From the human T2T-CHM13v2.0 reference genome, Homo sapiens: DNA of 64,000 nucleotides. Below, piece after piece: positions 45,700-58,926 of this stretch. The stretch lies in assembly GCF_009914755.1 (NCBI RefSeq), contig NC_060930.1. One strand, given 5' to 3'. A program made the position numbers and the translations under genes. The notes beneath the pieces are model-generated. The model saw only the letters and a program-made list of their open reading frames with translations, had not been told where the DNA came from and ran no database searches. How positions within the stretch are numbered: the stretch's first letter is position 1; the number at the start of each line of letters is the position of its first letter.

Positions 45700-46275
45700 A
45701 ATGTTGTCACTGGAGACAAGGCAAGATATTGCATGATGATAAAAGGGTCAATTCAACAGGAAGAAAATTATAATTATATAAGCACCCAACTTTAAAGCAC
45801 CTTAGTATATAAAGGAAACACTGACTGACAGATCTGAGGGGAGAAATAGAAAACAATACAATAATAGTAGGAACATCCAGGATGTAGGAACATCCCCTTT
45901 TCAATAATAGGTGGAACATCCAGACAGAAAATCAGTAAAGAAACTGTGGACTTTAATAACACTGCAGACCAAATGGACTTAACAAATGTATACATAGAAC
46001 TTTTTACCCAACAGAAAAAGAATACTCATCCTTCTCAAGTGAACACAGAACATTCTCCAGAATAGATCACGTTAGGTTACGAAACAAGTCTTAATACATT
46101 TAAGAGAATTGAAATCATATCAAGTATCTTTTCTGAGCACTATATGATGAAACTAGAAATCAGTAACAAGAAAATGGGGAAATTCACAAATACATGGATA
46201 CTAAATAACACATCCACGAACAACCTCTTGGTTAAAGAAGAAATCAAATGGAATTTAAAAAATATCTCAGGATGA
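45700..46275 (+). mobile_element. Separate older L1M ORF2 endonuclease-region fragment
   Basis: ATGATAAAAGGGTCAATTCAACAGGAAGA..ACATTCTCCAGAATAGATCAC..AAACTAGAAATCAGTAACAAG. Confidence 0.8.
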
Positions 46276-46287
46276 GAGAAAATCACA

Positions 46288-48197
46288 TGTATCAATTAAG
46301 CTTCAGTCAGAGAAACGTAGTCATTATCAATGCAAATAATAATGAAATCGGTAAAAGAATTAGATCTTGTATAATTGTAAGTGTTGCTATGAAAACAAAG
46401 ATCCAGAAGGTGAAGTTAGGATTCCAAAAAAAGAGGCAATAACCAGCACCCCTAAAGCACTGTGGCCATTTTGAGAAGAAGGAGCTTACAGAAAGGTCTA
46501 TAGGACATGGTTGCCTCTGGGTGGCTGTGCCTCCGTGTGCCTGCAGAAAAGCATCCACTGTCAGCACTGGGGCTGCAGATGGAAAGAGGAGCTGCTCTGA
46601 GAGTGGAGAGAGACAAGCTGCAAATCACCAGGTACCTATTTGTCAATCTGAGAGTAGACTTTTGGGGACTAAGGCCCACTGGACCACTGCTTCACTCTGC
46701 CTCTCAAATGTTGAGCAAGTCCTTTGGGCAACCGTAACTTGAAACCATACAGAGTGGAGGATTTAGGAAACATAGTGCCCAACTTAACCAAGTTGACAAT
46801 AGAACAATCCAGCACATCTGGCAAGACAGGAACTGACAGGCCACTGGGATTAGGGTGAAGCAAGTGAACTGAGTCATCCAAGTGTAGAGTCGAAGCCTGT
46901 CTTTAATTAACATTTTGATTTTTTTTTACCATAGGATTTTAATTTATTTTTATTATTTTTAATTCAATGCTTTTAAAAATATTGAATGAAAATATGGTTT
47001 ACCTTGACTCCTGAAGTTTGGAGCGACTCTTAAATTTTATGCTTGAGATGGGTACCTCACTTACCTCACCCTGGTTCTGGTCATGCCAGCTGGTCATGAT
47101 TTCTTAACAGGTTGGTGACTCAAACCTTTATTCTTGTCATTAGCAATCCAGCCTGCTTTGTGATATTATATGTATTCATTATCTTTTATTAAAGAACATG
47201 AAACTATAAAAAAGTGCCCTAGAGGAACATTTGCAATCCATATATACTCCGGTCACCATTGTGTACTAACAACCCAATTTGTCTTTGATAGGTTTATCAA
47301 TCACCTCATTCAGTAAAGCAACCCCCTTATTTGCATACTGGGTCACTAATAAGAGACCAGGTAATAGTTTCCAGTTTAATGAAACCATTGCTATGTCTTT
47401 CAATGGAATTTTCCATGGTTCTTCTTGTTTAGTAGTCTAAACAAGGTTATAGGGACAGGAAGCAAAAGTTTTACTAGTGGATCATTAGAGGTAACAGTGA
47501 TAGAAGTTATTCCCATTTCCACCCCTGCGTCTTGAAGCCATAAATCTAGCTAAGGGAGAAACAGTGCCACATATTGGTTGCTGATTTAGAACATAAACTA
47601 CCTCTTGGAGAACATTTCTCCAGTCCTACAAAATGTTGCCACCCAGATAGTGCCATAACTGAACCTTAAAAAAAGTTATTCCCTGTTTTATAAAGCCATC
47701 TGCTCCAAGAAGTTTGGAAACATGCTATTTTAAACTGTGAAATCTACAAACATGAGCCCATTGCCATACTTCATTTATTGTAAAATCAGTTTTTGGTCAG
47801 GAGCAAAGCTGGGTGGAATTCCATGATGATGAGTATGTCATTCTGCCTTCCATGGATGATGCTTTGGGCAGAAGCCTTGTAATCAGGGATGACAAAGCCA
47901 AATAGAGAGAAAGTTGTGTCTCATTGAGAACAAAGCACTATTCTTTCCTGATGGAAGTTGTCCAAAATAATCAACCTGCCATCAAGTGGCTCGCTATCAC
48001 CCTCCCTGTAGGAAATTCTGCATCTGTCTATTATTTTTCCTGACTGCAAAGAACTTCAAAGGGTCTGCTGTTTTACTTCTGTCTCCTCAAACTCACTAAT
48101 TCCTTTAGCCAACTCTAACCTGAAACTCTACAGGGAAGGAAATTCCAGAAAGCATAGCCCCAGTTTAACCACTTCAACAATAGAATTATCTAGCACA
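46288..48197 (-). mobile_element. Internally deleted old ERVL provirus (LTR52/LTR53/MLT2E-F-like LTRs): 3' LTR 46288-46816, integrase remnant about 47090-47995, partial 5' LTR about 48000-48197
   Basis: Two copies end ..CAATAGAA(C/T)(A/T)ATC(C/T)AGCACA; minus-strand TGGCAGGTTGATTATTTTGGAC (WQVDY) matches the HERV-L integrase at about 42255; TSD TCACA/TCAGA. Confidence 0.75.
46838..47085. mobile_element. MER96B-like hAT DNA transposon (MITE)
   Basis: Imperfect TIRs GGGATTAGGGTGAAGCAAGTGA ... TCACTTACCTCACCCTGGTTCT around an AT-rich core. Confidence 0.75.
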
Positions 48198-48620
48198 TCA
48201 GAGAAGGTTCTTGGACAATCATAACTTACAAAGACAGTCAGGATTCAGTAAGTGAGGATGAAAGAGGTCATTTCAGGAAATAATTTTCATACTGGCAAAG
48301 ATACAGAAAGTGAAAAACAGTTTATTGTGAGAAATGGCAAGTGTTCAAGCTTAGTTCAAACTTAAGATATTTGGAAATGGTAGGAGTAATAGCTTAAAAA
48401 GCAATTGTTTGGTCACAGTCATGAAGTATCTTGAACTCCAGACTAAGATGGGTGGATTTTAAATGAATGATTAAAAGGGTGGCAGAAGAATTTTTAAATA
48501 ATGAAAGGAGTATTTTAAGAAGAATCCCACCATGCCATCTGGGGATGTACAGCACGAATTTAAGAAAAGGCAAGTCTGTAGGGGAAGACATACAAGGAAA
48601 ATTACTGCAATTGTATAAGC
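48198..48620 (-). mobile_element. L2 fragment
   Basis: TCAGAGAAGGTTC..CATTTCAGG..GGCAAAGATACAGA..TCATGAAGTATCTTGAACTCCAGACTAAG is the L2 antisense pattern. Confidence 0.65.
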
Positions 48621-48874
48621 TTAAAGTATTAAATGTTGAAATAGAGTGGTGTTCTATTTTCTCTTCCATTCAAAGGCAACATTGTGAAACTGAAGCTTCA
48701 GTCTTTTTCTTCCTTAACACATTTTTATGTCATTTTCTTCATAAAGCACAGTTCTAATATTCTCTTCTAATCAAAAGTTATTGGTAAGAAATCATTATAC
48801 ATTATTTTCTATTAATGCATAGATGAGAAACACTTTAACACCCTAAAAATAAGAAGTACTTCCGCTTCATATAA

Positions 48875-49052
48875 GTTTTTTGAACCACAAACACCTTTGG
48901 AAATTAAATGAAAACTAAGAGATTTTTCCTTAGAGAAAAAAAAAATTTACACTGAAGCATAAAATACTGCAAATAACTTTTTGTAGTTTCACATATATAC
49001 TAAATTTTCTACATGAATTCCTAGAAGTACCATGATCTTGAGGTCAAGTCCA
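48875..49052. mobile_element. MER103-like hAT-Charlie DNA transposon remnant
   Basis: CACAAACACCTTTGGAAATTAAATGAAAACTA..AGAGAAAA..CATGA..AGGTCAAG resembles the recalled MER103C consensus. Confidence 0.5.
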
Positions 49053-50067
49053 CTTACCTAAAAGAAAAAAGTCTTTCTTTTGGCATTTAAATATCACTGT
49101 GCAAGTGGGGACACATTTTGAGAGAAGAGATATCAAGTGCTCCTGAAACCACACTGCTTAGTTAGATACCAACATCCATTTTTCCTATGAGAAATACCCC
49201 AGAACATAGAAGTTGCTGGTCATGAAGAAAATAATACCTGCTTATTTTCTCCTTATTTTTCTGCATATTGAAAACACATTAGCAATTTCTGAAGAAGTGT
49301 GTTAGAGTTACAGTTAAAAAATTACACATAGGAATAAAAATGGAAATAAATTTACTTTCTAGTTGCATTAAAGACTCAATCCCAGACCAGACACATGGAA
49401 GGGGGGGAAGGGAGGCCTGGGGACAGGCAAGGAAATACTTCTTATTTTGGAGGGGTCCCACTAAGGCCACTTGTTGTGCTTTCTCACATATGCTCATAAT
49501 GCCAGTGACCCACTAGTAGCAAAAAACATGCCGTGAGCTGTTCTTGGGGATAGAAGGGGTGCAGTGATGATCCCCGGGTCTCTCTTTTGATCTCAAGCAT
49601 GCATATGAGTTCTGGCTGAGCAAGTTTGAATACAATGTTACCATGAAGTAAATAATATATAACTATAATTCGGTTTTATGATAAATTATTAATACATATT
49701 ACCATATAGGCCAATTTCGTTTTACTAGCACATAACTCTAGTTATAAGCATTAGGGTAAAGCTACAGATATTTTTCTTGGCTTAGCTTATATCACTCTCC
49801 CTTTACATCATAAGAACAACTTGGTGACATTTAATTGAAATGCAAAAGCAGCTTACTTGAAAAGGGCTCAGAAAGGAAAAAAACAAAAAATTGAACAATC
49901 TATATTAAATGTCTATTGCATTATTTAGGGTCATGCTACTTGACAGAAATTCATGGACATTGATGAATGTCACTTGGGAATTTATTACAAATGCATTGTC
50001 TTGAATCTCACCTGAGACATCCTGAAGTACAACCTAGATTTTTTAACTAGATCCCCAGGTGATACTG

Positions 50068-50519
50068 AATTAGGGTACAGCCTAGACTACTGCAACAAGG
50101 CTAAAAATACAGTGACTTAAACAACACAGGAACTGATGCTTCTGTCACTGAACAGTCCAATAAAGGAAATAGTAAAACTCAGGTGGGAAGGTTCTGCAAC
50201 ACACAAAACCCAGATTGTATCTCTGGGTCTAAAGAATCTGCAGCGGTTTTCTCTTGCCCTCTCTTCTCCCCAGGGCTTATGTGTAGAAGAAAGGGCAAGA
50301 GAAATATAGATTCATTCCTTTCCTTTACTGTTATGACCAGAAGTGACATAATTTATGTGTAGAACTCAGTAGCATGACTAAAACTACCACAAGGGAGACC
50401 ACACACCATTGTCTTAAGCCAGGTGGCCCCGTGCCCTTCCAACATCGGGAGTCCTATTATTTAATTTAAAAAAAAATGGGAAAAACAATATCAGTAGGTA
50501 ACCAGCAGTATCTGTCACA
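50068..50519 (-). mobile_element. Old MaLR LTR (MLT1J/K-like), preceded by a MER5 fragment (about 49970-50067)
   Basis: ATACAGTGACTTAAACAACACAG..CAAGGGAGAC..AGGTAACCAGCAGTATCTGTCACA. Confidence 0.7.
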
Positions 50520-51049
50520 CCTCTTATATGTCAGGTTCCTTGCTGTCTGACCTTAACAATCCTATGAAGAAGAAGGTATTAACCCCACTTCCCATATAAA
50601 TAAGTGCTACCAGAACCATGACACAACTTTTAATAGTCCTATTAAAAGGACTATTAAATTCCATTGTATGGTTTGGAATTGTGTTATGTGGAAATAAAGA
50701 CTAGTCTGGTTTATATATTTGAGGGTATTTGATTAATATAATAATGCCTCTTATCTCTGAGTTCTGGGATGAGAATATCTCCCACTTAGCATTAAAGTGT
50801 GCTTTTTGAAAATGACATCTAAATGAGGAAGACTGTATCCCTGCCAGTCATCCCCTCTCCTCCAAGTAGCCACCAGAGTTGCCAGGAAGATGTATGACTG
50901 CGACAGAATACTTGGCTCTTAATGTTTATTGAAAATTATTTCTTGATGTCTCCTCATGAACAACTGGTTCTCAAATTTTCAGTTCAAATTCATCATAGCA
51001 AGGCTCTTGCTTGAATTTTCACTTGTGTCCGGCAGCAATCAGTTGATCA

Positions 51050-51132
51050 GATAAACACTGAAATCTCTCTCCTCAGAATACTATATGCTTGGCATCTAGT
51101 ATATGCTTTAAATACTTACTGAATGAATGAAA
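51050..51132 (+). mobile_element. L2 3' terminus
   Basis: TGCTTGGCATCTAGTA..AAATACTTACTGAATGAATGAA. Confidence 0.6.
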
Positions 51133-51153
51133 GGTGGGACCATCAGTGTATGA

Positions 51154-51317
51154 TAATGGTTCTCAGTGATTAGCTTGCATCATTACTAGTTGGAGTGTAT
51201 ATTAAAACTCAGTTTCCGATTCAGTAGGTCTTGGGTGGGGCCTGAAAATGTGAATTTCTATCAAGTTCCCATTGACATTATGCTGCTAGTCCAGGGACCA
51301 CACCTTGAGAACCACTA
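51154..51317. mobile_element. MER5A hAT-Charlie MITE
   Basis: TIRs TAATGGTTCTCA / TGAGAACCACTA; GATTCAGTAGGTCTTGGGTGGGGCCTGA core. Confidence 0.85.
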
Positions 51318-51494
51318 TTGTTGGATTAAATGGAATCCATCTTATCACCATAGAGGTCTGTTAATAGATGAAACACAGACATTGACAAAGGATGGTAACA
51401 TTGCCTTGTACTACATACCAAAGTCTAGGCACTTCTATGGTAGACCCATGCTGGAATATTGCCTACATATTTTGCCATATGCCATCGGTATCTT

Positions 51495-51610
51495 ATAATG
51501 AATATAGGAATAATAACACTTTTCTGTTAAGGTTGTTCTGAGGATTAAATATAAGTAAGTTGCTTGGCATCTGGGACACACAGAGTTCTCAGTAAATTAT
51601 AGCTATTGTA
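51495..51610 (+). mobile_element. MIR 3' fragment
   Basis: GGAATAATAACAC..GGTTGTTCTGAGGATTAAAT..CTCAGTAAAT..AGCTATT. Confidence 0.65.
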
Positions 51611-52515
51611 ATGATCACAACTGTATACACAAAACAATTAGCAGTGTAGATCATCTGAACTGTGGAAAATCAGCAGAAAATCTTATTTCAAGATATAGTT
51701 TACTTATTACTCACTCTTACTAAAAGCTCTATAAATATTTTTTCCAGAATTATACTGTACAAACCATAAAAAATTGTTTACTCCTACTATGTAGATGTAA
51801 GTCACTATGTAATATGGGTCCATTATTTTGTTCTAAATGTTGTAAAATATCTGATCAGATAGGCTAATGGGATATATGATTGTAAGAACTTTATTGCGAA
51901 ATTAATTTTAGAGTGACCAACCCAGACAATTGAAAAGGTAAAAGTATAGTTCTAAAAATCAGCCCACAGTCTCTCTTAACTGCAATAATCAATCTTCAAA
52001 TTTTTCAAGTTAAACTTTACAATTTAAAAATTTCTGCATATAGAAATGGATGTTTAAGTAAAATTCATGAACTATAAGAATAGTTTTACACACAATACCA
52101 TTTGCAAGATGCCTTATAATCAGTTTTTATCAGTGTCTCTTAATAAAAGTTCTACAAACTAGGTCAGTAATATGTTCATAATTTTGCAAATGCAAAGTCT
52201 GAGGTTATACTGCACATTGGTAGAAGCATCTAGATCTCTGAGTTTTTAGGCCTTGACATTCTATTCTCCCACACCTAGCCACACTGCCTCACCACATCGT
52301 GAATTATTGATTTGAAACACACTGCTACCTTTATGAGCATGTAGGGTGTTATAAAACTTTACGGATTGACTTATGCTGACCTATTTATATTAATAATGCC
52401 TTATGTTTTTATAGCACTTTATTATGTTCAAAGCCGTTTTACGTAATCTGCCCATTTGAGCCTAACACTCACACAAGAAAGAAATTAGATTTGCTGAAGA
52501 GAAACTGTATCCAAG

Positions 52516-52944
52516 TATAGGGACAGGAGTGACTTTATTTTAAATATTAATCTACCATGTAACTTCTTACTAACCCTGAGCCTAAGAATGCCTCCAAAAT
52601 GTACAGATGGTGTGTCACCCTTTCTGTAGGAACACCTACTAACTGTAAGTTTCCTCCCAAACAACCCTTGATGCCATAGCAGAAGCCATAGGCTGTGATG
52701 CCCCTACCATCTACACATTCCTTCCAAAGCACAGATATTTTCCCCAAGATGTAAGCCCTGAATCTGGGGGGTTGCAGTGTAGAGATCTACCTGTCTTGCA
52801 GCCGCCTGCGACCACACCTCTGTCAGTTCTCCCTGATAAACCACCTTATATTGACAAACAGGATTTGTTTGCCTCCCTGCTTTGGTTTCTTGGGTCCTTT
52901 GGCATTTGAGGGTCACTTTGCATATACAGCCTCTTCATAGAACA
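52516..52944 (+). mobile_element. Solo LTR (LTR47-like, ERVL class) inserted in a minus-strand MIR
   Basis: TATAGGGACAGGAGTGAC...GTAAGCCCTGAATCTGGGGGGT...TTTGCATA..GAACA; perfect TSD CCAAG at 52511-52515 / 52945-52949. Confidence 0.8.
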
Positions 52945-53124
52945 CCAAGATAACCACTTATAGGGATGGGACTACAGCCCAGTCCCTATAGCTCCCTGGT
53001 TTCTACCTCACCACTGCTGCCTCTAGTTTATGCTAAGATCCTGTCTCTATATTGAGACACACTTATAAAAATGATCAAGTGTTAAATCAAAGGAAAAATA
53101 GTACAAATATTTCAATCCAAATTA

Positions 53125-53480
53125 CATCCCCTATCATTTGGATATCTTAAACTTTCTGAGATTTGGTTTGTTCATTGTTAAAATTGAGATTATAATAATG
53201 CTCTTATCAGTAACTCAGGGAGAGTACCAGTGAGATGACATAGGTGAATAACTTAGAATTGTGCCAGTACATAATAAATGCTGTTTGAAGAATTTGACAC
53301 CCAGCTCTGACCATATGATCTTAAGCCTTAGGCAAGCTATTTAACATATCTATGTATTCAGTTTTCTCATCTGTAGAATGAGAATAATATTAACTTTGTA
53401 TGATTTTCTTGAAAATAAACATAGAATAAGATGGTATATGTAAGGCGATTGCACCATGAATGCAACCATTAAATTTATTT
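53125..53480 (+). mobile_element. Two adjacent MIR fragments
   Basis: CTTAGAATTGTGCCAGTACATAATAAATG and AGGCAAGCTATTTAAC..TCAGTTTTCTCATCTGTAGAATGAGAATAATA. Confidence 0.7.
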
Positions 53481-53493
53481 CTTTTCTTGGTCT

Positions 53494-54430
53494 TATTATT
53501 TGTGAAATAATAAAAAATAGGTGTATATTAGTCTCTGCCCCTGGTTCCTGACACAGCTCCTAAAATCCTTATAAATAGGGTTTATAGGAAAATGTTTTAT
53601 TAGTATACTTGGTCTTTGACCCCAGTGCCTGACAGAGAGCTCCTACAACCTTTGTGATTTCCCATAATTTCCTAAGTGATAGTAGCATCTGACACAGAGC
53701 TTCTAAATCCCTTGGAATTTCCTGGGTGATTGGAGCATCGTTTGTTCCAATGAGGCAACTCTTGGTGGGTTCCCAAAGGGGGGCTGGTCAATTGAAAGAC
53801 TAAGCCATGATTAGAAGCATGAAGCTTTCAGTCCCACCCCACTCCCATCCTTCAGAATGGGAGAGAAGCTGGAGATTTAATTAATAATTGATTATGGCTA
53901 TGTGATTCAGCCTCCATAAAAATTCCTGAAAAACAGAGTTCTGAGAGCTTCCAGATTGTTGGACATCCTACATGTTTGGTGGGGGTGGTGGGGAAGGGTG
54001 GACACATCCCAACTCCAAGAGGAAAGAAGCTCCTGAGCTCAGAAACTTTCTGGTCCTCACCCTATGGATCTCTTTATCTGGCTGTACATCACCATCCTTT
54101 ATCATTTCCTTTATTATATGATAAATGAGTACATGTAAGTGTTTCCCTGAGTACTGTGAGCTCTTGTAGCAAACTATCAAATGCAAAAAGAAAAAGAGTC
54201 ATAGGAACCTTGATTTATACCCGGTTGTTTAATAGTACAGGTGACAACCTGGGGCTTGTGATTGGCATCTGAAGAGGGGCAGCCTTGTGATACTGAGCTC
54301 TCAGTTTATGGGATCCACCACCAACTCCAGGTAAACAGTGTCAGAACTAACAGAATTGTTATGTCGTGATTCTGCTGGTCTCTGGGAAGTTGGAAAATTT
54401 GCTGGTGTTGGAGAAAACCCACACAAGGTT
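53494..54430 (+). mobile_element. MER21B/C LTR (ERVL class)
   Basis: Triplicated CTGACA(C/G)AG(AG)CT(C/T)CTA motif, AAAGACTAAGCCATGATTAGAAG, TGACAACCTGGGGCTTGTGATTGGCATCTGAAG. Confidence 0.85.
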
Positions 54431-55479
54431 AGATGCTCTGTCAGGGTAAACCAGATACCTGAGCAGTCACCTTGGTTGGTTCTTAAGAAAAGGAAGTTAA
54501 CTTCCTACTTATAATTTTTCTGAAGCTGGGCCTTACTAATGACATTGGCTACCATTTATAGTTCCAGCAAATTGATGGCCACAACTTCTTCCCTTTTAAG
54601 CAGATTTCTCGAGACATAATTCCCAGATACCATACAATTCACCCATTTAAGTGAACACGTGAGTGGTTTCAGTTTATTCACAAAGTTGTGAACCCTTCAA
54701 CAAAATCTAAATTTAGAATATCTTCACCACCCCTAAAGACAACTTTGTATTCATTTATATTCCCCATTACCTTTCTCACTTCTTCCTCCTCAAACCCTGA
54801 GTAATCACTAATCTACTTTCTGTCTCTCTATATATTTACTTATTATATAAATGTATATAATTATATAAATGTATCCGTATACAATATGTGGTATTTTGTG
54901 CCTGGCTCGTTTTACTTAGCATGTTTCCAAGGTTCATCAATGTCACTACATCATTTCTTTTTATTTACAACAATTTTTTATAGATACTCCATTTTTTTCT
55001 TTATTCATTCATCAGTTGATAGATATTTGATTAGTTTCCAATTTTTGACTATTACAAATAATTCTTCTGTGAACTCCTCTTGGGTATATCCTTAGGAATG
55101 GAATTTCTGGGTCACAGTCTATGTTTAACATTTTGAGGAATTTTCAAATTGTTTTCCAAAGCAGCTGCACCATTTCAAATCCCCACAGCAATATATGAGG
55201 GATTCAATTTCTCTACAGCCTTGCCAACACTAGTCATTGTCTGTTTTGTTTATTGTAACCATCCTAATGTGTATGAAGTGGTGTCTTGTAGTTTTTATTT
55301 GTATTTCCCTGATGAAAAGTGATGTAAAACATATTTTTATGTATTCATTGGCCACCTAAATATCTTCTTTAGAGAAATATTTATCATATTCTTTGTTTAT
55401 TTTTAGTTGGATTATTAATCTTTTTATTATTCAATCATAGCAGTTCCTTTTATATTCCAGATATATTTGAGATATGTTA

Positions 55480-55818
<339 letters not shown>

Positions 55819-57261
55819 TCAGTAAGGCTTGCTTCTATGTTTTTCTCTAAGAGTTTCATAGTTTGAACTCTTACAGTTAGGTTTATAATTTATTTGTGAG
55901 TTAATTTATGTGTATGGATTGAGAGAGTTATCCAAATCATAGTTATGCATGTTGATATCCAGTTTTCACATCACCATTTGTTGAAAAGACCATTCTTTCT
56001 CCATTTAATTTACCATTTACAAAGAATAGACTATTCTTTCCTCATTTGCAATTGACTGTAAAACAATAATTTATTTCTGGATTCTCAGTTCTGTCTTATT
56101 GATCTGTGTGTCTATTACTTTTGATTGCTATTGATGTTAGAATGTTTTGAAATTGAGTAGTATAAATTCTCTGACTTCATTCTTTTCAAGATTGGTTTGG
56201 GCTATGCTGGGTATTTTTCATTCTACATGTATTTTAGGATTAGTTCATAAATTTCTGCATAAAAAATCCATCAGAAATTTTAATAAGGATTATATTGAAT
56301 CTGTAGATAAATTTAGGAAAAATTGCAATCTTAACTTAAATTTTCCAATCTATGAACATGGAATGTCTTTTATTTTCTTAGACCTTCTTTAATGTCTTTC
56401 AACAATATTTTGTAGTTCTCCATATACAATTATTTAGTTTTGTTAAATTTACTCCTAATATGTCATTCTTCTGTGCTATTTTAAATGAAATATTCTTTTA
56501 ATTCTGTTTTTTGATTTCTCATTGCCAGTGTATGAAATGTTTTTGGTCTAATATCCTTCAATCTTACTGAAATTGTGTATGTTTCCTGTTACTTAGTAGA
56601 TTTCTTAAGATTTTCTGTATAAAAGGTCATGTCATTTCCAATGAGAGAGAGCATTTTTCTTCCTTTCCAACCCAGACATATTTTATCTTATGTTTTTTTT
56701 TTCTAATTGTGTTGGCTAGAATTTATAGTACAATGTGCAATAAAAGTGAGGAGAGTGGAAATCTTTATTTTGTTCCTGATCTTAGGAGGAAAGCAGTCTT
56801 TCATTATTCAGTATAGTGTTAGCTATGGGTTTTTTGGACACTGTTTCATCACATTGATAAACTTCCCTTCTTTTTCTAGTTTGTCGAGTGTTTTATCATA
56901 AAAAGAGTACTGGATTTTGCCAAACAATATTGAGATGATCAGTGTTTTTTGTTCTGTATTCTATTAATATGGTATACTATATTAATTAGGTTTGAGATGT
57001 TAAATGAATCTTGAATTTCTATGATAAACCCTACTTGATTCGGATGTATAATTCTTTTTATATGTTGCTGAATTGGGCTTGCTAGTATATTATTAACAAT
57101 TTTTACATCTATATTAATAAAAGATACAGATCTGTAGTTTGTTGCAATGTCTTTATCTGGTTTATTTATCAAGGAAATACTGACCTCATCAAAATAGCAG
57201 GGAAGTGTTTCTTCCTCCTTTTTATTTTTTGGAATAGTTTGAAAAGGATTAGTACTATTTC

Positions 57262-57377
57262 TTTCTTTCTTTTTTTTTTCTTTTTTTTTTTTTTTGTAGA
57301 AACTGAGTCTTGTTATGTTGCCCAATCTAGTCTCAACTCCTGGCCTCTAGCAATCCTCCTGCCTCCTCCTCCCAAAG
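57262..57377 (-). mobile_element. 5'-truncated Alu left monomer (FLAM-like)
   Basis: T-tract then GTAGAAAC..GTCTTGTTATGTTGCCCA..CTCCCAAAG; TSD A(G/A)TACTATTTC at 57251-57261 / 57378-57388. Confidence 0.85.
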
Positions 57378-58926
57378 AATACTATTTCCTTTTAAATGTT
57401 TAGTAATATTCATCAATAAAACCATGTGATCCTAGGATTTTCTTTGTGGGAAGTTTTAAAACTACTAATTCAATCTTTTTACTTGATATAGAGCTATTCA
57501 TATTTTTCCTTTACTCTTCCATTGGTTTCAGTAGTTTGTATATTTTTAGAAATTTGTTCATTTATCTAATTTGTTGACATAGAGTTGATGATAATATTCC
57601 CTTACAATACTATTTATTTTTGTATGGTTGGTAGTGATGTTCTCTCTTTTATATCTGATTTAAAAAATTTCAGTCTTCTCATTTTTCTTCTTTATCACTC
57701 TAGCAAGAAATTTGTCAATTTAGTCAATCTCTTTAAAGAACCAACTTTTTGTCTTATTGATTTTATCCCTTTTCTATTCTCCATTTCTTCTATTTCCACT
57801 CCAGTGGAAATCCTCTTATTTTTCCAGTTACTTAAGGTGAAAAAGTAGGTTATTATTTGATTTTTAATTTTTTTTTAATATAGGAGCTTGCAGCTTTAAA
57901 TTTCCAACTCAGAGCAACTTTGTCTCCATACCTTAAGTTTTGGTTTGTTGTGTTTTTATTTTCATTTCTCTCAAAAGCATTTTTTCTCTTATGATTTATT
58001 ATTTGATCATTGGTTATTTATGACAATGTTACTTAATTTCCACACATCTGTGAATTACTGAAATTGTCTCATGTTATTAATGTATAATTTAATTCTTCTG
58101 TTAAGTGAACATACTTTGTATGATTGAAATCTTTTAAAATATATTAAGGCTTGCCTTAAAGCCTGTTATATTGTCTATTTTGGAGATTGTTTTGTTTGTG
58201 CGTGAAAAGGATATGTATCCTGCAATTGTTGGGTAGAGTATTCTAAAGTTGTTTGTCAGGTCTAGGTGGTTTACATAGAGTTTTTAAATGCATTTTATTT
58301 TCCATCTAGTCTTTCTATCTAATGTTGAAAACCAAGTATTGAAGTTTCCAACTCTTACTGTTGAAGTGTCTATTTCTCCCTTCAAGTCTGTCAGTTTATG
58401 CTTCATGTATTGTGGGGCTCTGTTGATAACTTTATCATTGTAATGTTTTCTGGAAGAATCAACCCTTTTATCTTTGTAAAGTACTCCTGTTTATCTCTAG
58501 TAACATTTTTTGTTTCAACATAAATTAGGCTTGGTATTATAGTCACTCCAATTCTTTTATAGTTGCAGTGTGTATGGTATATAATTTTTCCACTCTTTAC
58601 TTTCAAACTGTGTATATGTTTAAATTTAAAGTGTCTTTTGTAGATAGCATATATTTGGGTCCTGATACTTTAGTAAGTATGACAATCTCTGTCTTTTAAT
58701 TGGATTGTTTTATCTGTTCACAGTTAATGTTATTCTTTATATGGTTGGATTTATCACTGTCATTTTGCTTTTATTTTCATTTTGTCTGATGGCTTTTTTT
58801 TCAACTGTTTCTGTTGCATTAGGTGATACTTTCAATTATAATATTTATTTACTTTATTTTTATTAATAGCTGCATTTTTTAAGTTTCCCTATGGTTTATA
58901 ATCTTCATCTTAACAGGCTGCTCTAT

